From positions 17,822-81,821 of the IMG/VR virus record IMGVR_UViG_3300025118_004802: a DNA stretch of 64,000 nt. One strand, 5' to 3'. The notes beneath the pieces are model-generated. The model was not told where the DNA came from and ran no database searches. It was given only the letters and a program-made list of their open reading frames with translations. The DNA comes from a virus. The position numbers were made by a program, and so were the translations under genes. Of this stretch, positions 10,613-21,523 are shown in pieces; positions within the stretch are counted from its first letter, which is position 1; each line of letters begins with the position of its first letter.

Positions 10613-13600
10613 TTATTCGACCGAGAAATAGTCAGGTACTTCTACTTTACATTCCTCATCAATTTCCTTGTTCGATGTGGGGTCGCATGAGTTATCGTCA
10701 AACTCTGGCCATGGCGGAAGTGATGGGAAGTCCGGACAATCCCACTCCTTCTTGATGCGGTTCCCTAGACCGCCAAAAGTTCCGTCTGTAGGTATCACCG
10801 GGCACAAGATGAGTTTCATCAGCCCAAATGGGTCCAACATTGAGCCAGCCAACTGCAGGATGGCCAACACCGCTGCCAAAATTGTATCGAAAACGACGTC
10901 TATGGCACTGAAGCCCATATCGTCCAGTAGACTCTCCCAATCAATACCGGTTAAGCTGATGCCCCAATCTGAATCGCAGCGGCCGGACTTGTTCCCAAAG
11001 GGACTCTCGTCAATCATCAACAAATACAACAATCTCAATGCCGCCTTCAACCCCTTGAATGCTTTGTCTGTTTTGTAATACTTATTAGAAACAAAGGATT
11101 CAGCAAATATAAAAGATGTACCAAATACTCGGTCTGCTGCCATTATGTATTCCATCAGTCGTTTGTAGTCTTCGCCGTCGATCACTTGTTGCTGGAGAGT
11201 TTCCCACAAGGTGTCTCCGTTGGGCAACTGGTGTCGATATCTCTCAACATCCCTCACTTCGTGTGTCCATTCAAAATCTAACGGGATCTCCATCTCTTGT
11301 GAAGCTAATGGAATCACAATACGTCGGAAGGTAGACGATGCCAAACGGTTTTGTCCTTCTTGGCCACGAGAGAGACGTTCGAGATCTGGGTCTCCCACCT
11401 CTGTCACCAAAAAAGCCTTTTCTCGTATGGCCGACCTGGTGCCAGCATTGGTTAACTGACCATGCTCCGTTGGCTGTAGATCCGGGAATAGGCTCTGAAT
11501 GGTGCTTAGATCCTCGTCATCCCGGGCCACGTATACAAGACGTACACCATAGGCCAACTTATTGAAGTAACCACCTACCGTGGTACCTTGGGGGCCGCCA
11601 TGCAGAGCGAGGCCTTGGCCCCCCATAAAATCTTGCCAGGCATTGTAGTTAACCACATCTTGCAAGTCAGCATTTCCAACAAAATCAAAAAATTGATTAC
11701 GAGTCGCATTACCAAAATGACCCTCCGAGGCGCCCGGTGGTACTATTCTACCGCTATTTCGACGACTGTCGGCTCCGCCGCGGCGCACTTTCAATGCTGT
11801 ACCCCACAAACCTTCAGAATTCTCGTTATCCACGACTCTCATGTACCTTTCAAAATAAAAGGTACCAACTGCCGGTTCATAGGTATCATCAAACCGGGCG
11901 GGCCTATAAAAATAAGAAGGGGGCACATCGTGTATAGAGGTGCCGGCCTGCGTGAAATCAACAATCGACTCAGCTATACTTTTATGGTGCACCCCCTCCC
12001 ACTCTGGGGGTATTACACCAGCGTGAGCCCGTTGGCGCGCCTTTTTGTGAGAGTCGATAATATAATTGTACTCTCTTTCAAGTTCCAAAACCTGATTTTT
12101 TAATAAGAAAACTAACTTTTCCTCAAAAGCCGCGGCGTCGGAAAGATCAATCTCAACATCCATCACCGGGTCCCTAAAGCTCTCCCCACTCTTTCCCATA
12201 TCACCAATAATTTTATCAACGCCTTTTTTAAACTCACAGTAATAGACGTCATCTTGACTGATATCACTCTTGAGGTTTTGGACAATGTACAATGGCACCA
12301 CATTTGATTTGAACATGTCGCTAATTCTAAAATTAACCAAAACAGGGGCTATCTTCAACAGAAACTCTAAAGTATAAACACGTAAGATTAAGTAAACAAC
12401 GCCGGCCATAGCTGCGGTTTCAAGTTGAGAGAGATCTTTGTTGGCAAAGGGATCATCCGGGTCTTCGCAAAAGGGACTGGAGAGAAAGTCGTTTTTAACC
12501 TTCTCTTTAATCGTATCGAGCGAAAGAAGATCACCACGTGGGGCCGAGGCGCCTATGTCAGGCCCATCATAACCAGGGAGTGCTGCAATTTCGTTCGCCT
12601 CTTTAGAGCCCATCTTCACAAAAACGCGTGAAACACTGTTGTCGGGCGCCTGGACTTCGACAGGTACAACTCCGCGGGCTCGCTGCACTCTCTGGTTTGA
12701 AGATGGAATAACCTCCAAACTAGACAACTCTGCTGGACTTGCGAAAAACGGGTTTGGGGCCCCGTTTGTTGAAAAAATCATGTTCTGGAAAACATTCCCC
12801 ATCATTCCCGACACAGCCCGAGTGTACAACGCTCCTACTTCCTCACCATGGCCCGCCTGAGCGGTGGCCACAGGATCAACCTCAGTAGGAATATGTCTTT
12901 TTATAGCATCGCCCAAAAAGTCTATAAATAGAAGGGTCTTGCTTAGAGATGAGGCTCTCGGATCTTTATAGTAATCCTGATAAACTGTTTCATATTTTTC
13001 AACCGCTGTGAGACTGCCTGGAACACCGAAGGCCTGTCTCTGTCCGTCTACTCTATGCTGTTCTGCAGTCACGGTGCGCTCATATTTCAGCTGAAATGCG
13101 TCATACTCATTAGCGTCGTCAACCAAATCCAGGACCGAAACATGGGGGGACGAATTTATGCGCAAGCCCGAGATGGTTGGGTTAATTAGACCTGCATTCG
13201 GCCGGAAGCCGTCTTTTGCTTTGTTTGATAGAGTGTTAACAAAGTCTTTAGCCGGATACTTAAAATCAAGAGTGCTTGCGAGCGTTGTCCTATTTGTTTG
13301 AAGTTCGCTGCTGTAGGGGATGCCCTCCCCCACACCATAACCCACAGCTTCGTACAAAGAGAACCGGGCGTTTCCGGCTGCGAGATTGCGAAATTTATCT
13401 ATGGGCACCAGTCCCTCGGCCCGGGGAGAAGTGACGGTATAAATTATTGTTTGTCCTTCTAGCCGACTGCCGTAATCTAAGTGACTAGGGAACTCTATGA
13501 TGCTACCATCTAGGCCTGGCACAAGCGACAAAAAGGTCGAAGCTAAATCTAAAATAGTGTATGGGCCAGCGTTTCCTGGACGAGTTTGTATGGTTCGAAC

Positions 13601-16600
13601 TGGTGGTGCTACTATCCCCGGGGGGAAATTCTCCCTAACCTTCTCAATCATCGTCGACCACCCGACAAGAGACATCAAGGCGGAAAGACCACCGTTGGCC
13701 ATGCTTGGTGGTAGCTGACCGGGTAAACCCATTTGAACAAAGGTATCACCGGCCGAGTTGCGCACTTCGTCCATCTTCGACCACGCCAGCCACTTACGGA
13801 TGTGCTCAGTAATCAGTTCCTGGTCGACTCCGGCTGCGGCGAGGGCGTTCCGGTCGGCGTCGGTGGGTGTGAGGCGGTCTGCAGGAGTTGCGGAGGCGTT
13901 GTCGTTTGTGACTGTAGTGTGACCTGCAGGCATAATAGGTGGCCACCAAGGGCCGCCAAAGCGGACGAACTCATTTGCCTTTTCTTCGATCCCATCTCGG
14001 TATAATTGAAACATCTGTTCAACCCAGGCATCATCCTCGTGTGTGAACATATAAACACGCTGAACATGGTTAGTCCAGGTTATTGGTACCCCGTCCTCCA
14101 CCGGGCCATTAGGATCGTAATTAACAACAAGTTCTGGACTCGTTAAAGCTTTCAACAGCTGCGGGGCGCCGTGAGACCAGCGTGCATTAACATCGTGATA
14201 AAACGTATCGATGGCAACATTGTTGGCGTTTTCTATTACTGGTACTCTCTTCCAATCGACAACCGGTGGGGGTGCTCCGGGGGCTGCAGGTTCGCCCGGG
14301 GCAGGAGGGGGAGGGGTGCATTCGTCAATAAGGGGTGCAACTGCATCGTTATGGTTGCCGTCATTTGCTAACTGCTTAGCCAACTCGTCCATCAAGTCTT
14401 TAAGTTCGTCTCTTAACTGGTCGGCCGAGGTACCTCCGGAGCCAGGGCCTCCTGCTGCAGAGTTTTGCTGCTGCCACGCGTCGAAGAGTGTCCCGGGAGG
14501 AAGATCGCACAGGTCTTCAATCATTGCATCATCAATGTTCAATAGTGCATCACAAAAATCTGGGCTCACAAGTTGGCCGGCTGCCTTAAAGAACTGCGCT
14601 ATCCTGTCGGTGTCCGTGAACGTATTTTTAAGAACCGGGACCTCATCAAAGGCTGCCTTGACTTTTCTTAATAACTCTATCCCCGCAGTTCCTCCAATCA
14701 ATTGGCACAACTCTGCACTACTAATTTGGCTGGTAATCTGGTCTAAAATATTCTCTAGTGCGGTAACAAGATCCGTTTCTCCGTCGAAGGCTCCCAACAA
14801 TTCGTTTAGCGGCCCCATTAACGAAGCGGGTGTTTCTGTGTCGCCAAACAAATCATTCAGCAAGTTTCTTAAATCGTCTTTGGACAGAGGGATGGAAGGG
14901 TTATCAGAGGGAATAAAGTCTTCATCAAACGGCCACCCAACATTAACTGTCAACTTCAAATCATTACAAATTTTCGATATCAAGCCGAGTATTTTCAAAG
15001 TGGCTTTCACCGCTATTTGCTCAAGCGCTGTCCACACAGCCTCTTCGGCTACGCGAGCAATCGCCTCAAACAAATTTATTGTGGGGAACTTCTCAGGTAA
15101 GTCTAAGGTGGGAACAAGTCTTGGAAACTTGAAATCCGACAATGTAAATTCAGGATTAGTTAAAAACTCTATAATAGCATCAAGTAATTCGCGCAGCACC
15201 TCGCATAATTCGTCAATCGTGAAGACATCGCTAAGTCGCTCAAAGTATTGTGCCGAATCTACGAAGGCGCCGGCGTGGTTCCGATAATCCTTTTGAGTAT
15301 CTCTTAGACCTTGGATCTCTTGTGCAAGTTCTTTATTTGCCAATAGCAAGAGCCGACGGTCTTCTGGTGTCTGTTCAGGTGGTGGATTCTCAAGTAAATA
15401 AAGATTAAAATAGTAATCCTCTTCTTTGAAGCGAGCAAGCTGGTTAATCGTCTGGCCCACGCCAGTGTAGGTATTCATGTAGGAACTTACGACCTGGCCC
15501 CCAACACTAGACGCCCACTGTGTATATGGTACCAGGACTTTAGCACGGAACTCTTCAACGCCCAAGTGTTCTAAGACCATCTGCAGTCTCGTCTCACATG
15601 TGAAGCCCAAGCCTACGATATTCATCAAACATTCGAGGATCTGCTTTGCAACCCATTCAAGACCGTAACGATTTAAAAATACGTCGTAAGCGCCGCCAAT
15701 CGAAGTTATGTGCTCAACAGTGCGATCCAAAAAAGTAAAAGTAGGATCACCTGGATTGTATTTGCGTTTCTTGGCACGTTCATATACTTGTGAACGTATG
15801 ATCGGATCCTGGAGCATCTTATCTTCTCTCTGGAGTTCCTGAAAGCTTTTTATCCCTGGAGACTCCTCAGCTTCCATAAATTCAATGAACTTCGGTCGAG
15901 GCACAATATATTGTTTGGCTATGGATACAAACCCTTTTTTATTACGCTGAGCATCTACGATACTCGACATGTTTGCCAAATAAGAAACGTTCTTTGCTGA
16001 AGAAGCTGGGAGGTTGGCAAACCGTTCAAACCCTACAAATAGAGGCATCTCGCTGAAATCTTTATTGACTGCTGTAAGGCCCTTTAATAAGTATTTATCG
16101 TCATAGACTATTTTAAGTTGGATGGGAGGGGCAGAACCCACCTCATTCTCACGCATATAATTGCCAACGGCGCCGCCCAGTTTTGTATCGGATTTCTGGT
16201 TGACCTTTATAAATGCCTCAAAATTATCATATTCTTGAGAAAAGGAAAAGTCCTCTGGTTCGGTTATGTTCCCTTGAGCCTTCCAGCCCCGCAACTCCGC
16301 ATCCAGTTCAGTCATGGTTTGTTTAAAGTTGGCCAAATTTTTCTGGAATATTGTTAACCATATATCTTGTTCCCAGAAATAGTTGTAATAAGAGCCGTGC
16401 CCAAACAACGTTTCATATGCAAACTTGTCACGGATGTTCTTATCAATCATGTCTATATAAACACGGTGAATGGTAACCTTAAAGACCGCGCCACGAGGAC
16501 CTGGCGCATAATCAGACACAACCGCTTTATTAGCTAGCGCATCAACAACGTCGAAATTCCCAATGCCTTGTTTGTCAAAATATTGTAGTAATTTGTCAAC

Positions 16601-17557
16601 CGCTGCCATCTTAATAAAATCAACGGGCGGCATCTGGGGAGGGTCGAGCCTCAGCTCCTCGTTGATGCCCTTAAATAATAGTTCCTCATATGTTTCTGGG
16701 GTTACGTTTGGGCCCGGCTTGATGTCTACTGTGCCTCGTAAGTATGCATCAATGTTAATTGTGGCGGCTGCGGTAGCCAAACCCACCGAATCACTGAAAT
16801 ATGGTAAGGTCTGTTTGCCATCGGCGGTAATAGCTATGTTATAAGTATTGTAATCTGTATCTACCCACGGTTCGTAAACGGGCGTGTTCCACCACTCAAA
16901 GGGTTTCTCGCTTAGCCGGGGTGTCCATTCTTTCTCTTTATATTGGGCTAGGCTTGTGCCCTGCACTGCCGCAATAGCGGCCGCAATCTGGCTACCTGAT
17001 GCCGCAAGAATGGCGGTGGGTGTTGGGAACATAAACGCAGGTAATGCAGGGAGCGGATTACCACCAATAGATTCTGCTACATCGATCTCACCATTCGCCA
17101 AGCGGGTATACACCTGCCCCTCAAAAGAACTTTCTGCTATAGCATACGTGTTTTCTAAAAAATTGATTGAGGCTTCTGGGTCGATAAGCAGTTTCTCTTC
17201 GATAAAGCCTCCTGAGCCGGTGATGGGCCCGTTTTGCTCCTGAAACCGGGTTTTCGCGGCGTTGAGCGTGTTCGTTGATACAAATTTGTAATACGTATGA
17301 TTGCGCTCACCTGGCTTAAATCCTTGCTCCAGCAGAGCAGCGATGTTACCGCCTTTGTCAGCCGATCTAAGGGCGAGGGCGAGATCGGCGGCGGCGAAGT
17401 CTTCTTCAGTGGTGGCACTAGCATGGAGCCACTCGGCGTATGCATACGTGTCGGGCGCAGGAGAACCCGCTGCTTCCCAAGAAGCTTGTTCACTCCTAGT
17501 CCAGGTTTCGCCAGGGGCGCCTGGTTTTGGTAATAAATCGCCTAACTTTGTTGTCAT
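10613..17557 (-). CDS. 2314-aa hypothetical protein, probably virion/baseplate associated
   Basis: Uninterrupted ORF between the spike and gp25 genes; acidic, largely helical-looking; no recognisable catalytic motif. Confidence 0.6.
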   Translation of the reverse strand: MTTKLGDLLPKPGAPGETWTRSEQASWEAAGSPAPDTYAYAEWLHASATTEEDFAAADLALALRSADKGGNIAALLEQGFKPGERNHTYYKFVSTNTLNAAKTRFQEQNGPITGSGGFIEEKLLIDPEASINFLENTYAIAESSFEGQVYTRLANGEIDVAESIGGNPLPALPAFMFPTPTAILAASGSQIAAAIAAVQGTSLAQYKEKEWTPRLSEKPFEWWNTPVYEPWVDTDYNTYNIAITADGKQTLPYFSDSVGLATAAATINIDAYLRGTVDIKPGPNVTPETYEELLFKGINEELRLDPPQMPPVDFIKMAAVDKLLQYFDKQGIGNFDVVDALANKAVVSDYAPGPRGAVFKVTIHRVYIDMIDKNIRDKFAYETLFGHGSYYNYFWEQDIWLTIFQKNLANFKQTMTELDAELRGWKAQGNITEPEDFSFSQEYDNFEAFIKVNQKSDTKLGGAVGNYMRENEVGSAPPIQLKIVYDDKYLLKGLTAVNKDFSEMPLFVGFERFANLPASSAKNVSYLANMSSIVDAQRNKKGFVSIAKQYIVPRPKFIEFMEAEESPGIKSFQELQREDKMLQDPIIRSQVYERAKKRKYNPGDPTFTFLDRTVEHITSIGGAYDVFLNRYGLEWVAKQILECLMNIVGLGFTCETRLQMVLEHLGVEEFRAKVLVPYTQWASSVGGQVVSSYMNTYTGVGQTINQLARFKEEDYYFNLYLLENPPPEQTPEDRRLLLLANKELAQEIQGLRDTQKDYRNHAGAFVDSAQYFERLSDVFTIDELCEVLRELLDAIIEFLTNPEFTLSDFKFPRLVPTLDLPEKFPTINLFEAIARVAEEAVWTALEQIAVKATLKILGLISKICNDLKLTVNVGWPFDEDFIPSDNPSIPLSKDDLRNLLNDLFGDTETPASLMGPLNELLGAFDGETDLVTALENILDQITSQISSAELCQLIGGTAGIELLRKVKAAFDEVPVLKNTFTDTDRIAQFFKAAGQLVSPDFCDALLNIDDAMIEDLCDLPPGTLFDAWQQQNSAAGGPGSGGTSADQLRDELKDLMDELAKQLANDGNHNDAVAPLIDECTPPPPAPGEPAAPGAPPPVVDWKRVPVIENANNVAIDTFYHDVNARWSHGAPQLLKALTSPELVVNYDPNGPVEDGVPITWTNHVQRVYMFTHEDDAWVEQMFQLYRDGIEEKANEFVRFGGPWWPPIMPAGHTTVTNDNASATPADRLTPTDADRNALAAAGVDQELITEHIRKWLAWSKMDEVRNSAGDTFVQMGLPGQLPPSMANGGLSALMSLVGWSTMIEKVRENFPPGIVAPPVRTIQTRPGNAGPYTILDLASTFLSLVPGLDGSIIEFPSHLDYGSRLEGQTIIYTVTSPRAEGLVPIDKFRNLAAGNARFSLYEAVGYGVGEGIPYSSELQTNRTTLASTLDFKYPAKDFVNTLSNKAKDGFRPNAGLINPTISGLRINSSPHVSVLDLVDDANEYDAFQLKYERTVTAEQHRVDGQRQAFGVPGSLTAVEKYETVYQDYYKDPRASSLSKTLLFIDFLGDAIKRHIPTEVDPVATAQAGHGEEVGALYTRAVSGMMGNVFQNMIFSTNGAPNPFFASPAELSSLEVIPSSNQRVQRARGVVPVEVQAPDNSVSRVFVKMGSKEANEIAALPGYDGPDIGASAPRGDLLSLDTIKEKVKNDFLSSPFCEDPDDPFANKDLSQLETAAMAGVVYLILRVYTLEFLLKIAPVLVNFRISDMFKSNVVPLYIVQNLKSDISQDDVYYCEFKKGVDKIIGDMGKSGESFRDPVMDVEIDLSDAAAFEEKLVFLLKNQVLELEREYNYIIDSHKKARQRAHAGVIPPEWEGVHHKSIAESIVDFTQAGTSIHDVPPSYFYRPARFDDTYEPAVGTFYFERYMRVVDNENSEGLWGTALKVRRGGADSRRNSGRIVPPGASEGHFGNATRNQFFDFVGNADLQDVVNYNAWQDFMGGQGLALHGGPQGTTVGGYFNKLAYGVRLVYVARDDEDLSTIQSLFPDLQPTEHGQLTNAGTRSAIREKAFLVTEVGDPDLERLSRGQEGQNRLASSTFRRIVIPLASQEMEIPLDFEWTHEVRDVERYRHQLPNGDTLWETLQQQVIDGEDYKRLMEYIMAADRVFGTSFIFAESFVSNKYYKTDKAFKGLKAALRLLYLLMIDESPFGNKSGRCDSDWGISLTGIDWESLLDDMGFSAIDVVFDTILAAVLAILQLAGSMLDPFGLMKLILCPVIPTDGTFGGLGNRIKKEWDCPDFPSLPPWPEFDDNSCDPTSNKEIDEECKVEVPDYFSVE

Positions 17558-17558
17558 C

Positions 17559-18512
17559 TTAGTTTGTCTTGTTCATAGGGCTTAGAATGTACTTGGTACC
17601 AGAAGGGCTTAAGTAATTAGTTTTTACACTTTTAAACATGAGCTTATTTTTAACCAAATCTGGGATAGACTTTCCTACCTGATGCTTCATTTGGAGAATG
17701 CCCGCTACCGTTGTCATCGGCGTTGCTATCGATGGAGCGGCAAAGTAAGGACTAATATGTATGTGGTTTGCCACCGTCGCGTTAAACTCAACTTGAGAGC
17801 TTAAAAAGTGGCCCACCAACTCTCCCAACGAATCGATATCGGCCACGATCTTGTTCAGGGCTGCAACTAGATTATCACCTTTGACGAGTGGTTGCAGGAG
17901 TGGGACCCCATTTTTGTCCAAGCCATCTTCATACATTGAAATTAGTTCGATACCATGCCGGGCGCATTCGCCCGTTTGTGAATTTCTTTCTTCGGCTGTG
18001 GCTACTCCGGTTACCAACTTTATGCCTTCTCTGCCGATCACCCTGATTCCGTCGGCCTTAATGAGAACTGCTGAGCGTGTTTTTGCATTCCCGATTCCCC
18101 CATTCGGAAGCCTAAAGTATTCATCAATATCCGATTTTTCAGAGATGTATATACGGGCTGCGTCATCCATCGGAAGCGGATCGACCGCTTTGTCGTTACC
18201 AACATTTTTGCACGCACCTCTTCCCACAACCAAATCAATGGCAGCACAATTGGTGTCGCCTTTGCCCCCGTATCCATGTTTTCTCGGACCCATATTATCT
18301 TTGGTTAAACAGATGTAAGATCCGTAATTATTCTTGAGGGGAGGCTTGTTTTCGCAATCTCTCTCAACATAAGTGGGGCTCGGACCGGCGGGGCCTGCTC
18401 CGCAAAACACATTTCTTTTATACCCCTCATCACCACACTCGGTTTGTTGTTTATTATGCTCCTTGATTGCGGCGTTTTTAGGGGGCTTGACAGCCTTTTC
18501 TTGGGTGCTCAT
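17559..18512 (-). CDS. Putative baseplate central spike (gp5/gpV/Mu gp45-like C-terminal part)
   Basis: SAVLIKADGIRVIGREGIKLVTG beta-strand repeats, QPLVKGDNLV, C-terminal HxH (NHIH); baseplate context. Confidence 0.55.
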   Translation of the reverse strand: MSTQEKAVKPPKNAAIKEHNKQQTECGDEGYKRNVFCGAGPAGPSPTYVERDCENKPPLKNNYGSYICLTKDNMGPRKHGYGGKGDTNCAAIDLVVGRGACKNVGNDKAVDPLPMDDAARIYISEKSDIDEYFRLPNGGIGNAKTRSAVLIKADGIRVIGREGIKLVTGVATAEERNSQTGECARHGIELISMYEDGLDKNGVPLLQPLVKGDNLVAALNKIVADIDSLGELVGHFLSSQVEFNATVANHIHISPYFAAPSIATPMTTVAGILQMKHQVGKSIPDLVKNKLMFKSVKTNYLSPSGTKYILSPMNKTN

Positions 18513-19936
18513 AATATCTTACCTCCGGCGCCTTGTGGGCGAGGTGCAGCTGCATGCTTGCGCGCGTCTTGGTTACCGGCAGTACAAGCATCCTCAGGGG
18601 GGACTGTTTCATCGGCCACGGCGACGGCGCTTACTTCAGCAGCCGTAGGCACCATTAAATGAATAGGAAAGTCAAGAGGGCACGGCCTTGAAGTACAATT
18701 GGCGTGGCGCAACAGAGTGTAGCCTTCTTTTATCAACTGGGGGACTTTTTTCTTGCTTTTTTCACAGTCCCCTTCTTGGCTAAATCCACTTGGCCACCCT
18801 TGACGTGTAGTAGGGGGCCCGCAGCGAGGCGGCGCAACACTAGGCGCAATTGAAAATCTCTTGCAAAGATATGCCGTTAGCATTTTTGCAGACTTAATTT
18901 GTTTTTCGGGCCAACTATTCTCACGAACCCGGGGATTGTGACTCATATCTATTCCGATAGAAAGAGTATTATTGCCGCGGCCTGCATGGTAAGCTATAAA
19001 CTCACTAGGATCTAGATATTCATACACAATCCCTTTGCGATCAATTTCATAGTGTGTTGAGACTTTTCTCTCATTCAATACCCTCACCGTTCCTTGCCAA
19101 TTCGCGGGGGCGCCGGTCATGTGATAAACGATTGATTGTGGCAACGGGCGCTTTCGACGCTCAAGAAACTTATCCAACAACCCGTATTTCTTGACGATAA
19201 TGAGGTCGCCATGAGCCTCGACGCCAGGGGGTAACGGCGTATCTGTGGGAGGATGAGGGTTATCCCCAGTTGCGTCTTTCCCGGCACCTGAAGGCGTAGA
19301 ACATTCAGTAACTTGCAGGGCTCTCGCGGAGCGTGATACAAGTGGGTTCATGATCACTTCACCATTCTTGTTTTTCACTACGTCAAGTACGGTTCCGCCG
19401 CGAGAAGGAAACTTCTTATCGTAAAGGCTCACTTGTACAAAATTACCAGGACGGATAGTTTCAGAAAAACTATTGGGAATCTCAAATACAGGAGCTACAT
19501 TACACAACTTCTCGGCGGCTGCAAGGTTCTGATTGCATAAATCAGAGATTGTGGGTTGTGTTGTGGCTTGCACTGTTCGATTCGGAAGCGGCAGCCCAAT
19601 ACACAGTTCTGGTATTATAGCATTAACAGTGTTAGGGGGCAGTTCCGGTGGGCCTTCCTCTGTACTTGATATAATTCCTTTACCTCCCACAGGACCACAC
19701 GTATTGCCAGCTGTGTCCATAGTCGAATCGTTATAGCGCACAACATAAGCACTAAACGAATTGCCGGCTTTATCAATCAGGTTGGGATTAATCTCTTTTT
19801 GAACTAATTCTCGTAAATATGTGATTTCAGTGATGTTATCAGTATCAATGAGAACTAAATCAGGTGCCAGGTTAGGATTAGTCTGATAAAAGGGAAGATT
19901 ATCCTTACCGGTTGAATTCCTGTTTCTCTGTCCCAT
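18509..19936 (-). CDS. N-acetylmuramoyl-L-alanine amidase (Amidase_2) fused to an N-terminal baseplate-like domain
   Basis: IVYHMT, VSTHYEIDRKG, AYHAG..NNTLSIGID, RHA...RPCP Zn-amidase motifs in the C-terminal half. Confidence 0.8.
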   Translation of the reverse strand: MGQRNRNSTGKDNLPFYQTNPNLAPDLVLIDTDNITEITYLRELVQKEINPNLIDKAGNSFSAYVVRYNDSTMDTAGNTCGPVGGKGIISSTEEGPPELPPNTVNAIIPELCIGLPLPNRTVQATTQPTISDLCNQNLAAAEKLCNVAPVFEIPNSFSETIRPGNFVQVSLYDKKFPSRGGTVLDVVKNKNGEVIMNPLVSRSARALQVTECSTPSGAGKDATGDNPHPPTDTPLPPGVEAHGDLIIVKKYGLLDKFLERRKRPLPQSIVYHMTGAPANWQGTVRVLNERKVSTHYEIDRKGIVYEYLDPSEFIAYHAGRGNNTLSIGIDMSHNPRVRENSWPEKQIKSAKMLTAYLCKRFSIAPSVAPPRCGPPTTRQGWPSGFSQEGDCEKSKKKVPQLIKEGYTLLRHANCTSRPCPLDFPIHLMVPTAAEVSAVAVADETVPPEDACTAGNQDARKHAAAPRPQGAGGKIL

Positions 19937-20253
19937 CAGTCGCCCTCAGGCGAATCTTCATCTTCCCTAATAAGATCAAAGAGCGCATCCTTGTCTAAAT
20001 CAGTAAAGCCTTGAACAACGCTATCTTTCTTATAAAGAAGGTTCGTAATCTTAACTAACTGTTCATTGGATCGTTGGAGGGTTTCAACATATTTAGATGC
20101 AATCATGCCGCAGTCTTTGTGAGCAGATGTATCCTTTTTCATATACATAATCAAATCAGCCAAAAGTGAATTGACGACATTCCTGTCCCTTCTCACATTA
20201 TCCACGGCCTCTTCTAGCCTGTCTTCTAGATCTAGATCTTTCCTGCGTCCCAT
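19936..20253 (-). CDS. Hypothetical helical protein
   Basis: 105 aa, overlaps both neighbours. Confidence 0.6.
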   Translation of the reverse strand: MGRRKDLDLEDRLEEAVDNVRRDRNVVNSLLADLIMYMKKDTSAHKDCGMIASKYVETLQRSNEQLVKITNLLYKKDSVVQGFTDLDKDALFDLIREDEDSPEGD

Positions 20254-20918
20254 TTCTTCTTGAATACTCGGTATTTTTCTCGCATCTTATTGAGATTGTT
20301 AACGACCTGTTTTGTGTTCAGGCCCGTCAATTCTCTCATATACAAGTAAATAGCCTTTTTATTAAAAATTTCAATATCATCGGAGTTAGAAAGCAGTATT
20401 TTTACAGCCTCAAAAACCTTTCGTTCGTTTATTTTCATATTGGGACCGACATCCCAACCTTGAATCTCTTCCCACAGATGTTCCCAAAATTCGTCTCTCT
20501 CGCGGTCAGCGGGGTACTCAATCGCGGCAGACAGATGAGTATGCTCTAGATTCTTTGATATGTCCTCGAAGTAAACTTCGCGCTTGTTTTGTTGTGCGGT
20601 CTTCTTTACCTTATGAATAAACCAATTTTTTGTAATAACACTAAAGTAAGAGAACGCCTTGGAGCCACGGTTTGGGTCGTACTTGTCCAGAATTGTTGTT
20701 AGCCATATTTTACACTCGTCACTTAGGCTTTCGATATTTGGTAAACTTGTAAATTTATAAGTATAAATAATCTTGTCCACCATCTCACTAAAGGCGGGTT
20801 CGATATAGTGTATATAGAGCTCTGTGCGCACCTCTAAACTTTCTGTCGAGGCGTACCGAACAACTGCCTTTTCATGCTCCTCTGTAAAGTAGTACCTTTT
20901 AGTTCTCTTCTTCGGCAT
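20232..20918 (-). CDS. Phage sigma factor, T4 gp55-like (late transcription)
   Basis: YFTEEHE, LDKYDPNRGSKAFSYFSVITKNWFI (sigma region 2); start moved to ATG 20918 behind GAGGAGG. Confidence 0.8.
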   Translation of the reverse strand: MPKKRTKRYYFTEEHEKAVVRYASTESLEVRTELYIHYIEPAFSEMVDKIIYTYKFTSLPNIESLSDECKIWLTTILDKYDPNRGSKAFSYFSVITKNWFIHKVKKTAQQNKREVYFEDISKNLEHTHLSAAIEYPADRERDEFWEHLWEEIQGWDVGPNMKINERKVFEAVKILLSNSDDIEIFNKKAIYLYMRELTGLNTKQVVNNLNKMREKYRVFKKKWDAGKI

Positions 20919-21255
20919 CGGAGCCCTCCTCTTGATCGGTCCCATATTGATACCACTCCCACTCCGCAAACTCCTCCTCATCTTCTATGTTAAAGACTCT
21001 GCAGAAATCTTCAATGTTCTCCTTAATTTCACGGCTATGTATTAGGAGTCTCTCTAGCGTAGGCTCACCGTAAAATGTTTCTGATTCGTATATCTTTTTA
21101 AGATGAGAGCCGTATGCAATAATATTATATCTTAAATTACCGATATTGGTATTTAAAAAACCATACTTTGTTAGCATCTGGTATAGATACCATAGCAAAA
21201 ACGCGTTGGCTGTTGCACTCAAGGCTATAGCTATATATAAATAAATTTCATTCAT
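20899..21255 (-). CDS. Hypothetical protein with N-terminal transmembrane helix
   Basis: IYLYIAIALSATANAFLLWYLY; acidic tail. Confidence 0.6.
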   Translation of the reverse strand: MNEIYLYIAIALSATANAFLLWYLYQMLTKYGFLNTNIGNLRYNIIAYGSHLKKIYESETFYGEPTLERLLIHSREIKENIEDFCRVFNIEDEEEFAEWEWYQYGTDQEEGSDAEEEN

Positions 21256-21523
21256 TGGGTTCAACCACATATTCCTGCGAGGTCATATCTCTCTTTTGTT
21301 CTTTCAGTTCGTCACGTGAGTCTTCAATGAAGCGCCTGACCCGAGTACCAGAGGTATCGTTTGTTTCTGGGCGGAAAATCTTCGGGACGCTAAATATTTT
21401 AGTGATCGAGCCCTTTTCGGAGCACTTACTTATCTCACTGCACAACTGTGGCTTTTCACCAATTGGTAAGATTGCTTCGAGTATTTTCTCGCACTTAGTA
21501 CACCTATAGTCGTACCGAGGCAT
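21248..21523 (-). CDS. FmdB-family zinc-ribbon protein
   Basis: MPRYDYRCTKCE...C...C. Confidence 0.8.
   Translation of the reverse strand: MPRYDYRCTKCEKILEAILPIGEKPQLCSEISKCSEKGSITKIFSVPKIFRPETNDTSGTRVRRFIEDSRDELKEQKRDMTSQEYVVEPNE

Noticed and set aside
14211-15287. 358-aa plus-strand ORF and the many other short plus-strand ORFs
   Set aside because: All lie opposite well-supported minus-strand genes; Ser-rich composition typical of antisense frames
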